Below, piece by piece: positions 26,580 to 38,561 of a stretch of DNA of 64,000 bases; within the stretch, counting starts at the first letter, position 1, and each line of letters opens with the position of its first letter. The notes below the pieces were generated by a model, which was given only the letters and a program-made list of their open reading frames with translations, did no database searches and was not told the origin of the DNA. Position numbers and translations under genes: made by a program. Source of the stretch: Macrostomum lignano (lineage: Eukaryota); contig NIVC01000172.1 in NCBI GenBank assembly GCA_002269645.1, forward strand, positions 582,558 to 646,557, read 5' to 3'.

Positions 26580-28379
26580 TTACATTTTAACAACTCCAAG
26601 CATTGTTCGCAGTTGCATGAACTTGTCCTTCGATAACGGCTTAGTAAGCGCATCTGCAACCATATCGCCAGTTGGACAGTAGACCACCCGAATAGTCCCA
26701 TTGCTGACGGCTTCACGAATGAAGTGATGTCTGATATCAATGTGCTTTGTCCGTCGGCTTCCAGCAGAATTCTCAGAAAGAGCAATGGTTCTTTGGTTGT
26801 CCTCGTAGATCACAGTGGGTCGCTCAGATCCTGATCTTTCAAGATCACTTAGTAGCCGCCGTAGCCACATGGCTTCTTGTGCTGCAGAGCTCAGCGCTAC
26901 GTACTCAGCTTCCGTTGTCGAGAGTGAGACAGTTGATTGCTTCTTGCTAAGCCAGCTGATAGCGCCACCAGATAGCTTAAACACGATGCCAGAGGTGGAA
27001 TGTCGATCATCTACGTTACTCGCCCAGTCTGCATCAGAATAGCCGATCAAGTTCTCTACACTAGAGTTGTACTCTAGGCCAAAGTCGATTGTTCCCTTTA
27101 GGTATCGGAAGATTCGTTTTACTGCGGTTAGATGTATCTCTCTTGGTTTGTTGTTGAACTTGGAGACAACTCCCACTGCATACGAGATGTCTGGACGTGT
27201 AGCAGTTGCTGCATAGAGCAAGCTTCCAACCATTGACTGGTAAACTGTAGAGTCAACTAGCTTGCTGCCCTCGTCGTATTTGGCTAGTTTTACGTTGGGA
27301 TCCATCGGAGTTAAGGCTGGGTTCGCCTCTGCAAGTCCATAGCGTTCAAGCAGTTTGGTTATGTACTGCTTCTGATTAAGCTTGATACAGCGGTCCTCCT
27401 TGTTTGCTTGGATGTTGACCCCTAGACAGTAGTGCAACTCGCCCATGTCTTTCATCTTGAACCTTTTGGAAAGTTCATCCTTGATTTGTTGCATTTCCAC
27501 CAGACTCTTCGTAATTAGTATTAGGTCGTCAACGTACACAGCTAGGGCCGTGAGATCCTCCCTTTTCCTAATGAAGACACCGCTGTCGGCTGAGCTTTCC
27601 TCGAAGTTAATTCTGGTTAGGTAGTCACAAAAGGCTTTGTTCCAACAGCGGGGCGCTTGCTTAAGTCCATAAAGCGACTTCTTTAACTTGCAGACCAGCT
27701 CTTCCTCTCCTGGCTTGACGAAACCGGGTGGCTGCTCCATGTAAATTTCTTCGCACAATTCGCCGTTCAAAAAGGCAGTTACAACGTCCATCTGGTGAAC
27801 GTGTAATCCATGTTTAGCCGCTAATGCCAACATTGCACGAACTGATGGGAATTTTACAACTGGCGCGAAAGTCTCTTCATAATCAATGCCGAACTTCTGT
27901 GAATAGCCCTTGGCTACAAGTCTTCCCTTAAAACGATCTACCTTGCCATCACCGTCATACTTGACCTTAAAGATCCATTTACATCCGATTGCCTTGCGTC
28001 CTTCAGGTAGTCGTACCAGATCCCAGGTTTCATTCTCCATCAGGGAATTATATTCTGAGTCAGCGGCAGCTTTCCATTGCTTCGCACAGTCACCTTTCAT
28101 GGCTTCGTCGATCGTTTTCGGTTCGACAATTTCGGTCATTCTGAACGCAAAGTGTTCGGTTTCAGATGCCACTTTTGCACCTTCATATTTGAGACGGTCA
28201 GGGGCTCTCCTTTCACGTTGAGGATATCGCTTCTGATCAGTTTCTGTCGACTGTTCCTGTTCTTGACCTGGTGTCTCTTCTGTCATATTGGGCTCATCAA
28301 GCTCCAAGTTGAACCAGCTCGCGTCCTTGTCTCTTGCTCTATTCTTTGAGGTTCCAAAATCAGTCTCGTTGAACACCAC
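26580..28379 (-). CDS. Copia pol, RT plus RNase H part
   Basis: WKAAADSEYNSL..KGRLVAKGYSQ..QMDVVTAFLNG..LYGLKQAPR..VYVDDL; GYSDADWA..YEDNQ..ADALTK. Confidence 0.95.
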   Translation of the reverse strand: MVFNETDFGTSKNRARDKDASWFNLELDEPNMTEETPGQEQEQSTETDQKRYPQRERRAPDRLKYEGAKVASETEHFAFRMTEIVEPKTIDEAMKGDCAKQWKAAADSEYNSLMENETWDLVRLPEGRKAIGCKWIFKVKYDGDGKVDRFKGRLVAKGYSQKFGIDYEETFAPVVKFPSVRAMLALAAKHGLHVHQMDVVTAFLNGELCEEIYMEQPPGFVKPGEEELVCKLKKSLYGLKQAPRCWNKAFCDYLTRINFEESSADSGVFIRKREDLTALAVYVDDLILITKSLVEMQQIKDELSKRFKMKDMGELHYCLGVNIQANKEDRCIKLNQKQYITKLLERYGLAEANPALTPMDPNVKLAKYDEGSKLVDSTVYQSMVGSLLYAATATRPDISYAVGVVSKFNNKPREIHLTAVKRIFRYLKGTIDFGLEYNSSVENLIGYSDADWASNVDDRHSTSGIVFKLSGGAISWLSKKQSTVSLSTTEAEYVALSSAAQEAMWLRRLLSDLERSGSERPTVIYEDNQRTIALSENSAGSRRTKHIDIRHHFIREAVSNGTIRVVYCPTGDMVADALTKPLSKDKFMQLRTMLGVVKM

Positions 28380-30547
28380 ATCATAGCGGATGACTGTCTG
28401 ACTGTCTTTCTCAACCTTTCATCAAACAGTCTGTAGCTTCTTCCATCCGTATTGTAGCCAACAAACCGTTGCTTTTCGGCCTTCTTGTCTAGCTTCTTTC
28501 GCTTCACATCTGGTATGTGGGCATAGGCTACGCAGCCGAAAACACGAAAGTGCCCAACGTTAGGTTTGCGCCCATACCAACGCTGGTACGGCGTCATTTG
28601 CGGAGTAAGAGCAGTCGTCACGACTCTATTTCGCACATAAGCTGCGGTGTTTACTGCTTCTGCCCAGAACTGGTTGCTTACTCCAGAATGGGCCATCATT
28701 GTGCGGGCTGATTCAACGAGAGTGCGATTAATCCGTTCAGCAACGCCATTTTGCTGAGGTGTATGAGCCACGGTAGTCTCATGCCGAATGCCCTTCTGCT
28801 CCAGGAATTTTGTAAATTGGCTTGATGCATACTCTCCGCCGCCGTCAGTTCGCAGTGATTTGATATTGAGTCCTGTTTCTGTTGTAACCATGGCCTCAAA
28901 CTTCTTAAACTTATCAAGCACTTCTGACCTTTGTCGCATGAAGAAAACCTTAACGCAGCGTGAGTAGTCATCAATAAAGGTGACGAAGTAATTGTTTCCA
29001 CCAAATGACTCTGTTTGCATAGGACCGCATATGTCGCTGTGAATTAGTTGTAGCCTTTCGGTAGAGCGGATTTCGGAAATCGAACTATGAGGCTTGCAGT
29101 GCATTTTGCCCTCGATACATCCTTCACAGAAGTCAACACATGCAGTCTGCAACTTGGAGATGCCACTCACGAGTTGGTCTTTGCTCATTTGATTTAGTTG
29201 GTGTTCGTTGACATGACCAAGGCGCTGGTGCCATAAAGTTGCACTTGTGTCTGGTGAATCAGCATTTGCTACTGCCGCAGTGTTCGCCGGCAATTTTACT
29301 TCACAGTCAAGCTGGTACATTCTGTGAACAACAGATCCCTTTCCAACAAGGAATCCATCCTTGTTGCGAATCCAGCATTTAGAGTGACCGAACTGTATCA
29401 CTTTATCCTTTGCTGCTGCTGCTCGAACACTAAACAGATTGCACGACAGCTGAGGCACTAGAAGTACATCTGTTACAGCTGTCTTGAAACGCTTGCCATG
29501 TGGCAGGAGCATAATGAGTTTTACCTGACCACTGCCGCAGGCCTCGACTGTTCGACTATCACCTAGGCTGACCCGTTCAGGTCGTCCAAACTGCTTATAG
29601 TTGACTAGTAGCTCTCTAGAGTATGTCATGTGGCAGGACGCTCCAGAGTCAATTATCCAGGTGGATATGTCAGAGCTGGTCTTCGCGGGCGACACAAAAA
29701 ATGTCTCGTTGCAGCTACTTTTAGGTCCGTCGTCATCAAGCGAGGTTTCAGCGATGTCCCGGGTCGCGGCACCATCGGCTGTTTTGGTGACATACCGTGC
29801 AGGTCCTTGGTCCTTGAAGAACTTTTTCGCTCCTCCTGAACGACAGTCTCGGGCAAAGTGACCCATCTTTCCGCAATTGAAACATTTGATAGCACGACGT
29901 GGCAGACCTTGGCCTTTTTGGGTCTTCAGTGCAGACTCTCCACCCTGTGTACCACCAGACCCTCGCTCACTTAATTCACTCCGCTTTTGCTCCTCGTTGA
30001 TGAGTGCTTGGTGAACCATCTGCAGTGTAAGATCATCACCGCGAGCTTCCAAGGCAGTAACCAAGGTAGAGTAGCTCTCAGGCAGGCTGCTGAGCAGCAT
30101 GACCACTTGGTCCTCTTCACTGACGGGTGCGTTGATAGAGGCCAGTTTGTCGGTCAGCTCCTTCATATGGCGTATATGATCCTGTACGCGGGTCCCTTCC
30201 CTCATCTGCAGCCGGAAAAGCTGTTTCTTCAAATAGATCTTATTCGCAGTTGATTCTCGTTCGAAGTGCTGTTGGAGAGCTTGCCACATACGATGTGGAT
30301 CTTCGCCACACGAAGTTATTAGATAGATTAACTCTTTCTTGATTGAAAGAACGATCACTGCAGCAGCTCTCTGTTGCTGCTCTCGAAATTCGTTTTCTTG
30401 CTCCTGAGTGGCATCCTCTGCGAGAATTACGGAACCGTCGACGACTCCCCAGAGCTTCCTCGCTATAAGACAGAACTTGATCTGGATCTTCCAGGTAGTC
30501 CAGTTTCCGCTTCCCGGCTTGTCGACTTGAAACTTATCATCCGCCAT
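28283..30547 (-). CDS. Copia gag-protease-integrase part (frameshifted at about 28400)
   Basis: CCHC knuckle CFNCGKMGHFARDC; protease WIIDSGASCHM; HHCC LWHQRLGH..CEGC; DDE HSDICGP..LRTDGGGEY..QQNGVAER. Confidence 0.95.
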   Translation of the reverse strand: MADDKFQVDKPGSGNWTTWKIQIKFCLIARKLWGVVDGSVILAEDATQEQENEFREQQQRAAAVIVLSIKKELIYLITSCGEDPHRMWQALQQHFERESTANKIYLKKQLFRLQMREGTRVQDHIRHMKELTDKLASINAPVSEEDQVVMLLSSLPESYSTLVTALEARGDDLTLQMVHQALINEEQKRSELSERGSGGTQGGESALKTQKGQGLPRRAIKCFNCGKMGHFARDCRSGGAKKFFKDQGPARYVTKTADGAATRDIAETSLDDDGPKSSCNETFFVSPAKTSSDISTWIIDSGASCHMTYSRELLVNYKQFGRPERVSLGDSRTVEACGSGQVKLIMLLPHGKRFKTAVTDVLLVPQLSCNLFSVRAAAAKDKVIQFGHSKCWIRNKDGFLVGKGSVVHRMYQLDCEVKLPANTAAVANADSPDTSATLWHQRLGHVNEHQLNQMSKDQLVSGISKLQTACVDFCEGCIEGKMHCKPHSSISEIRSTERLQLIHSDICGPMQTESFGGNNYFVTFIDDYSRCVKVFFMRQRSEVLDKFKKFEAMVTTETGLNIKSLRTDGGGEYASSQFTKFLEQKGIRHETTVAHTPQQNGVAERINRTLVESARTMMAHSGVSNQFWAEAVNTAAYVRNRVVTTALTPQMTPYQRWYGRKPNVGHFRVFGCVAYAHIPDVKRKKLDKKAEKQRFVGYNTDGRSYRLFDERLRKTVRQSSAMMWCSTRLILEPQRIEQETRTRAGSTWSLMSPI

Positions 30548-30651
30548 TTCTTCGGAAAGTTCGTGTCGAGAACAAGCCTATTTTCCGTCTGAGCGAGGCT
30601 TCTGAATCAGCTACCACTTATGCGCAGTGGAAGCGTGCTGGGCCCATAACC

Positions 30652-30875
30652 TGTTGGCTTTTCAAACGCAGTAGTGTAGCTGATCGAGTATATTTCTTAG
30701 TCAACGAGCAAAAGGGGAAAGTTAAGAGAGGATGGTGCCAGAGGCTGATTTAATAGCTTTAGTCTTAGGCATAGACAAACTTATACAGTATCGTTCTAGA
30801 AAGTTCTAAGACTTGGGGAATCTAACGAGAGTTACTATAATTAGCATAGATACAATTTACATTACTTTTTCAACA
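30652..30875 (-). repeat. Copia 5' LTR (224 bp)
   Basis: Direct repeat of 26259-26481, adjacent to the PBS. Confidence 0.97.
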
Positions 30876-31613
30876 GCAGGCAGGCAGACTGACAGGCAGA
30901 CAGACAGACAGGCAGACAGGCAGACAGGCAGACAGGCAGACAGACAGACAGGCAGACAGGCAGATCATGCACCAGTCCCGCAGACAACAGAAGACTAGCA
31001 ATCTTAGAAGGCTGGTGCAGCTTCAGCCAGAGCGGTGCCTGGACAGCCCTGGAGTGGACTGATAGAGCGTATCTGTGTTTCTGCATTCGGACCGAACAGC
31101 CGACTCCGTGAATGGTTGGTCTGGAAGTCAGCTCTGCCTATTTAGCGAACTTAATACCTGATCGTTTTAAGGAAAGGAACTTGTCCAGCAGGGTGCAGTG
31201 GGCCTGATGTTGCAGGCATCGGTCCAGCACGTGGAATGAATTCAATTCGGTTCCAATTTCAGCAGAGTTTTCAGTCCGACTCTCTGTCACTAACTAAAGT
31301 AGAGCTCTGGGACTATTTAGCATCGCTCTGTACTTGTGTATCTAAACTTTCAGCTTCAAAACTGCTTGCTTGTCTTCTGAATTGCTTCTTTTTGAGATAG
31401 GACTTCGATCGTTTGAGCTCAACGGTTTCTGCAGCCAGTGAGGATGTCCATTTCAAATGCTGCCAGCTCTGCATGACTGCATGTGAGCTCCCCGATTCGC
31501 GCTTGGCCCAGCCTGCTTCTGCTGGCTCGGCTCGACAAAGGGATTTCGGTTGGGAGGATCGCATCCTGTAGATAGGGGAAAGGGAAATGGGATAGGGATA
31601 GGGGGATATGAAG

Positions 31614-33945
31614 GAGACTAAGAGACACTCAGAGACTGATAGAGACTGGAAGAGACTAAGAGAGACTGAGAGAGACTGAGAGACTGAGAGAGACTGAGAG
31701 ACTGAGAGAGACTGAGAGACTGAGAGAGACTGAGAGACTGAGAGAGACTGAGAGACTGAGAGAGACTGAGAGACTGAGAGAGACTGGGAGAGACAGAGAG
31801 ACTGAGAGAGGCTGAGAGAGACTGAGAGAGACTGAGAGACTAAGAGACACTCAGAGACTGATAGAGACTGGAAGAGACTGAGAGAGACTGAGAGAGACTG
31901 AGAGACTGAGAGAGACTGAGAGAGGCTGCGAGAGGCTGAGAGAGACTGAGAGAGACTGAGAGAGGCTGCGAGAGGCTGAGAGAGACTGAGAGAGACTGAG
32001 AGACACTGGGAGAGACTGAGAGAGACTGAGAGAGACTGAGAGAGACTAAGAGAGACTGAGAGAGAGGCTGCGAGAGGCTGAGAGAGACTGAGAGAGACTG
32101 AGAGACACTGGGAGAGACTGAGAGAGACTGAGAGAGACTGAGAGAGACTGAGAGAGACTGAGAGAGGCTGCGAGAGGCTGAGAGAGACTGAGAGAGACTG
32201 AGAGACACTGGGAGAGACTGAGAGAGACTGAGAGAGACTGAGAGAGACTAAGAGAGACTGAGAGAGAGGCTGCGAGAGGCTGAGAGAGACTGAGAGAGAC
32301 TGAGAGACACTGGGAGAGACTGAGAGAGACTGAGAGAGACTGAGAGAGACTGAGAGAGACTGAGAGAGACTGAGAGAGACTGGGAGAGACTGAGAGACTA
32401 GGAGAGACTGGGAGAGACTGAGAGAGACTGAGAGACTGAGAGACACTGAGAGAGACTGAGAGACTGAGAGACACTGAGAGAGACTGAGAGAAGTCTGGGA
32501 GAGACTGAGAGAGACTGAGAGAGACTGAGAGAGACTGAGAGACTGAGAGACTGAGAGAGACTGAGAGACTGAGAGACACTGAGAGAGACTGAGAGAGACT
32601 GAGAGACACTGAGAGAGACTGAGAGAAGTCTGGGAGAGACTGAGAGAGACTGAGAGAGACTGAGAGAGACTGAGAGACTGAGAGACACTGAGAGAGACTG
32701 AGAGACTGAGAGACACTGAGAGAGACTGAGAGAGACTGAGAGACACTGAGAGAGACTGAGAGAGACTGAGAGACTGAGAGACACTGAGAGAGACTGAGAG
32801 AGACTGAGAGACACTGAGAGAGACTGAGAGACTGAGAGATACTGAGAGAGACTGAGAGAGACTGAGAGACACTGAGAGAGACTGAGAGAAGTCTGGGAGA
32901 GACTGAGAGAGACTGAGAGAGACTGAGAGAGACTGAGAGACTGAGAGACACTGAGAGAGACTGAGAGACTGAGAGACACTGAGAGAGACTGAGAGAGACT
33001 GAGAGAGACTGAGAGACTGAGAGACACTGAGAGAGACTGAGAGACTGAGAGACACTGAGAGAGACTGAGAGAGACTGAGAGACACTGAGAGAGACTGAGA
33101 GACTGAGAGACACTGAGAGAGACTGAGAGAGACTGAAAGACACTGAGAGAGACTGAGAGACTGAGAGACACTGAGAGAGACTGAGAGAGACTGAGAGAGA
33201 CTGAGAGACTGAGAGACACTGAGAGAGACTGAGAGACTGAGAGACACTGAGAGAGACTGAGAGAAGTCTGGGAGAGACTGAGAGAGGCTGCGAGAGGCTG
33301 AGAGAGACTGAGAGAGACTGAGAGAGGCTGCGAGAGGCTGAGAGAGACTGAGAGAGACTGAGAGACACTGGGAGAGACTGAGAGAGACTGAGAGAGACTG
33401 AGAGAGACTAAGAGAGACTGAGAGAGAGGCTGCGAGAGGCTGAGAGAGACTGAGAGAGACTGAGAGACACTGGAGAGACTGAGAGAGACTGAGAGAGACT
33501 GAGAGAGACTGAGAGAGACTGAGAGAGGCTGCGAGAGGCTGAGAGAGACTGAGAGAGACTGAGAGACACTGGGAGAGACTGAGAGAGACTGAGAGAGAGG
33601 CTGCGAGAGGCTGAGAGAGACTGAGAGAGACTGAGAGACACTGGGAGAGACTGAGAGAGACTGAGAGAGACTGAGAGAGACTGAGAGAGACTGAGAGAGA
33701 CTGGGAGAGACTGAGAGACTAGGAGAGACTGGGAGAGACTGAGAGAGACTGAGAGACTGAGAGACACTGAGAGAGACTGAGAGACTGAGAGACACTGAGA
33801 GAGACTGAGAGAAGTCTGGGAGAGACTGAGAGAGACTGAGAGAGACTGAGAGAGACTGAGAGAGACTGAGAGACACTGAGAGAGACTGAGAGACTGAGAG
33901 ACACTGAGAGAGACTGAGAGACACTGAGAGAGTCTGAGAGAAGTC
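31614..33945. repeat. (GAGAGACTGA)n compound repeat
   Basis: About 2.3 kb; reverse complement of the 22255-22858 repeat family. Confidence 0.97.
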
Positions 33946-34535
33946 AGACACGAATCCACTTATGTCAGACCTAAATCCACATAAATAAGACACGAATTCA
34001 CATAAATCAGACACGAATCCACATAAGTCAGACACGAATCCACATTAGTCAGACACGAATCCACATTAGTCAGACACGAATCCACATTAGTCAGACACGA
34101 ATCCACATAAGTCAGACACGAATCCACATTAGTCAGACACGAATCCACTTTAGTCAGACACGAATCCACATTAGTCAGACACGAATCCACATTAGTCAGA
34201 CACGAATCCACATATGTCAGACCTAAATCCACATAAATATGACACGAATTCACATAAATCAGACACGAATCCACATAAGTCAGACGCGAATCCACATTAG
34301 TCAGACACGAATCCACATTAGCCAGACACGAATCCACATATGTCAGACCTAAATCCACATAAATAAGACACGAATTCACATAAATCAGACACGAATCCAC
34401 ATAAGTCAGACGCGAATCCACATTAGTCAGACACGAATCCACATTAGCCAGACACGAATCCACATATGTCAGACCTAAATCCACATAAATAAGACACGAA
34501 TCCACATAAGTCAGAAACGAATCCACATAAGCCAG
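33944..34535. repeat. 21-bp minisatellite (AGTCAGACACGAATCCACATT)
   Basis: About 28 units with recurring variant blocks. Confidence 0.95.
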
Positions 34536-35127
34536 ACAGATTTTCAGCAAGAGAAAATATGAGAAATACTGCAGTAATAACTGATACTAAAAAGCGAGCG
34601 AACTGCATTGCTAAATGCGCGGCATTCTGACTCTGTCAGGTTTGTCTGTTTTGATTTTTACGTCGCCGAAGAGCCTGCAGAGCTCCTAGGGGCAGAAATT
34701 TGCAGCCAGGAGGATTCTTCAGATTGCGTGCCGCGGCTCCGCTTTCCTTTCCCTCTATCAATTCTGAATAGTATTTAGCTCTCTAGCCGCATCTTGCACA
34801 GCATCCCGTCCGGCCCACGCAGTCATAAATTAAACTGGATTGCCGTGGCTCCGCCAAGCTGCGTCAGGAGTGCAATGCTTGAAGGGGTTTCAAGTTGACA
34901 GGCGCAGAGATAAGGTATAGAAGCGAAGTCTGCATTATACAGCACGGATCGGCGGAATCAAAGAAGAATTTCGCTTCCCAGAAATCCTCAGATCCCCTCT
35001 TATTGTCTTCAACCCATCCTGGATGGTAAAACATGTTTTCGGTCAGAATTGTAAAGGCGGTAATTACCTTGGCTGAAGACTGTAGCCAACTTGGAGCAAG
35101 CGTATTTAATTTAATCCACTTCCTCCG

Positions 35128-35686
35128 CTAACTCCACTGCCAACTGCCAACTCCACTGCCAACTGCCAATTCCACTGCCAACTGCCAACTCCACTGCCAA
35201 CTGCCAACTCCACCGCCAACTGCCAACTCCACCGCCAACTGCCAACTCCACTGCCAACTGCCAACTCAACTGCCAACTCCACTGCCAACTCCACTGCCAA
35301 CTGCCAACTCAACTGCCAACTGCCAACTCCACTGCCAACTGCCAACTGCCAACTCCACTGCCAACTGCCAACTCAACTGCCAACTGCCAACTCCACTGCC
35401 AACTGCCAACTGCCAACTCCACTGCCAATTCCACTACCAACTCCACTGCCAACTGCCAACTCCACTGCCAATTCCACTGCCAACTGCCAACTCCACTGCC
35501 AACTCCACTGCCAACTGCCAACTCCACTGCCAACTGCCAACTCCACTGCCAACTGCCAACTCCACTGCCAACTGCCAACTCCACTGCCAACTGCCAACTC
35601 CACTGCCAACTGCCAACTCCACTGCCAACTGCCAACTCCACTGCCAACTCCACTGCCAACTTCACTGCCAACTGCCAACTCCACTC
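35128..35686. repeat. ACTGCCA/ACTCC compound repeat
   Basis: Mixed 7/12/19-bp units. Confidence 0.95.
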
Positions 35687-36116
35687 CCACTAGCCTTTGT
35701 CCACTCCAAAATCCTATTCTCATTTTTGCCGAAAATTTCTTGACGATTTTCAAGTTTCGAGCTGGGGGCATTGATTGAGCAGAGCTCAGTGCCATCAAAA
35801 ATGTGTCCCATTGAAGCCTGCCCGTTCTGTTTCCACCTTGGCCGTCTCAGTCCGTATCTCATTACCTGACTAATCGATGGTTTTGATACTTCGAACAGAT
35901 TCTGAGCGGGGATCGCTTGGCCCTCTCGTCCTGTCCACCCACTTGTGTGGTGAGCAGCTCCTCAGCTCCCCAGCCAGGGCTTCATCAGAACTCTACAGCA
36001 CTGGATTACTTATTATCTCTTGGGCTCAGAATCCTGCTCCATTTTCTTGACAGGCGCGGGTCCTCCCTAGCAACTGTAATTCAGTTTTGCACTCTTGATC
36101 AGTGCGTTACAGTGTT

Positions 36117-36383
36117 TATCTATGCTTATCTAAGTTTATCTATGCTTATCTAAGTTTATCTATGCTTATCTAAGTTTATCTATGCTTATCTAAGTTTATC
36201 TATGCTTATCTAAGTTTATCTATGCTTATCTAAGTTTATCTATGCTTATCTAAGTTTATCTATGCTTATCTAAGTTTATCTATGCTTATCTAAGTTTATC
36301 TATGCTTATCTAAGTTTATCTATGCTTATCTAAGTTTATCTATGCTTATCTAAGTTTATCTATGCTTATCTAAGTTTATCTAA
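36117..36383. repeat. 20-bp perfect minisatellite (TATCTATGCTTATCTAAGTT)
   Basis: About 13 identical units. Confidence 0.97.
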
Positions 36384-36437
36384 GATAGACCAAGGTTCTA
36401 GTAAATAGTTTTTTTAAATTAATTTATGAAACACATT

Positions 36438-36803
36438 GGCTAGATTAGCAATCCATTCTATTCCTGCATCCTTGTGGGCTAGATTAGCAATCCATTCTAT
36501 TCCTGCATCCTTGTGGGCTAGATTAGCAATCCATTCTATTACTGCATCTTTGTGGGCTAGATTAGCAATCCATTATATTCCTGCATCCTTGTGGGCTAGA
36601 TTAGCAATCCATTCTATTCCTGCATCTTTGTGGGCTATATTAGCAATCCATTGTATTCCTGCATCATTGTGGGCTAGATTAGCAATCCATTGTATTCCTG
36701 CATCCTTGTGGGCTAGATTAGCAATCCGTTCTATTCCTGCATCCTTGTGGGCTAGATTAGCAATCCATTCTATTCCTGCATCCTTGTGGGCTAGATTAGC
36801 AGT
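36438..36803. repeat. 39-bp minisatellite (GGCTAGATTAGCAATCCATTCTATTCCTGCATCCTTGTG)
   Basis: About 9 units; the same family occurs at 54918-55255. Confidence 0.96.
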
Positions 36804-38039
36804 CCATATCCCACATGCAGAGGTCAGTTCAATCTATAATTTCTAGTGACTTTCTGTCTCGACTGTCTCCTTAACTTGAACTGCTTTGGTTGGAAGCGAA
36901 AGAGCAGTGCCCGTCATATATTGGCGTTTTGGCCGATTGAAGATCCGAATTCACAGGATCAGAGCTCAAGTGAAAAGTCGTGTGACATCTGTGGCAGTTT
37001 TATTTTTTAAATACAGTTGCTAAGCCTTTGGAAGGCCGAAACCGCAGCTAGCGGGATAATTGGTCTCTCGCAGTCGAGCCCAAAGTGCAGCACAGCCGCC
37101 ATCCGCTTGACAAAAAAGGCAAAAACCGCACGGGAAATAAAATTATGACATTTAGCCGCCATCAGGCCCAAGAGAAATTGCCATTGCGTGCAGAAAACAA
37201 GCCCTTATCTATTCCCAAAGTGATGCTCAGTTTCTGTTTTGAGCTGTTTTTTTCAACCCATGTCTGGCTGGGACTCCCGACACTACATGGCATGCATTAT
37301 GTAGCGGTTTTCGGTGTAGCAGTTTCAGCTTGAATTGCCGTCGGCCATTAAGGATGTTGATTGGTACAGCTTCAAAGATTTTGTAACAGTGTATATTTAT
37401 TTTTCAGCTTGCAGAATTTTCAAATAATCATTCTTGTAAATTCGTATTTCGAACTCTACATTTGTCCACCCCCGACTTTGCGACCCTCCCTCCCACTCGC
37501 ATCGGTAAACGCGTGTCCCCAATTCATCAAGGATGATATTGCTGCACACACCGGATATGCATGTGTCGTGCAGTACAGCCTGAATACTGGACTGGTGGTT
37601 GAATGAGACTGACAGACGGCAGTCAGCTGCTTTGCTGAATTGCAGTGTTCCACTACAGCGCCGCTATTGATAAAATTTGATTGATCTGATCGATAGCCGA
37701 GTTCTAATGCTTTAGCATGTTGTTGGAATTTGTACATCCAAATCTTAGAAAGGTCAGTACGGTTCTGGGAAGAATTGGAGATGATTGAATGCGCAGCCAG
37801 ATGAGGCATGCGAGCCGCTGGGCCGATCTTGGGCATGGCGGCAGTTTGATAGCGTTTAAATTGATGCGTCCTGCTTTGAATCAGATTTGTTTAATTTCTA
37901 GGCGCATTGTTTCTACTGATAAGTAGAAAGCTAGGCTGGTAACAATAAATTTTAATTAGTGTAATAAATTTAGCTATTTGTCAGGAAGGGAGTAAAGGTG
38001 GTCATGAAGAAAATATAGTATAGGCCATGGAGGCAGTAA

Positions 38040-38300
38040 GGTCTACAGGAAATTAGGGAGGGTCTACAGGAAATTAGGGAGGGTCTAAAGGAAGTCAGGG
38101 AGGGTCTAAAGGAAGTCAGGGAGGGTCTAAAGGAAGTCAGGAAGGGTAAAAGGAAGTCAGAGAGGGTATAGAGGGGTCAGAGAGTGTTTAAAACGAAGTC
38201 AGGGAGGGTGTAAAGGAAGTCAGGAAGGGTAAAAGGAAGTCAGAGAGGGTATAGAGGGGTCAGAGAGTGTTTAAAACGAAGTCAGGGAGGTGTAAGGGAG
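38040..38300. repeat. About 19-bp purine-rich minisatellite (GGAAGTCAGGGAGGGTCTA-type)
   Basis: Diverged tandem units. Confidence 0.85.
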
Positions 38301-38561
38301 GTCTACCAATTTTTTCTGTAGCGCTTTCCCCGACGGGAAGTGGTGTGTTGCCGCTGACTACTGACTGACTGTTAGATTTTAATTCACCTTGAGCCCTGAA
38401 ATCCGCGCCAAGCGTGCATCCTACTCGCGTACATCATGCACTTTCTATTTCAACTTTCACCAATAGCTCAAAGATCATTTTCAATGAAATATAACAAATC
38501 AGCAAATATAACAGTTCACTGTGTTGTCGCTCTAACTAAAACAAGTCTTCCCGGCGTCGCT

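Larger units (their letters stand above)
26259..30875 (-). mobile_element. Full-length Ty1/Copia LTR retrotransposon
   Basis: LTRs TG..CA at 26259-26481 and 30652-30875, identical except GGG vs GGGG; 5-bp TSD GCAGG; PBS GGTTATGGGCCCAG (30638-30651); short PPT AAGTGGGAG (26482-26490). Confidence 0.98.

Noticed and set aside
28283-28410. Programmed ribosomal frameshift between the two Copia ORFs
   Set aside because: Copia normally has one ORF and the 8-bp duplication fully explains the shift; no slippery heptamer seen.
30963-35900. Scattered coding-like islands on the minus strand (about 31313-31570, 34830-35100, 35690-35860)
   Set aside because: No recognisable domain and no consistent splice phasing could be built.
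37160-37846. Short inverted similarity (GCCGCCAT..GCCCAAGA) suggesting a MITE
   Set aside because: Imperfect, and no TSD could be identified.
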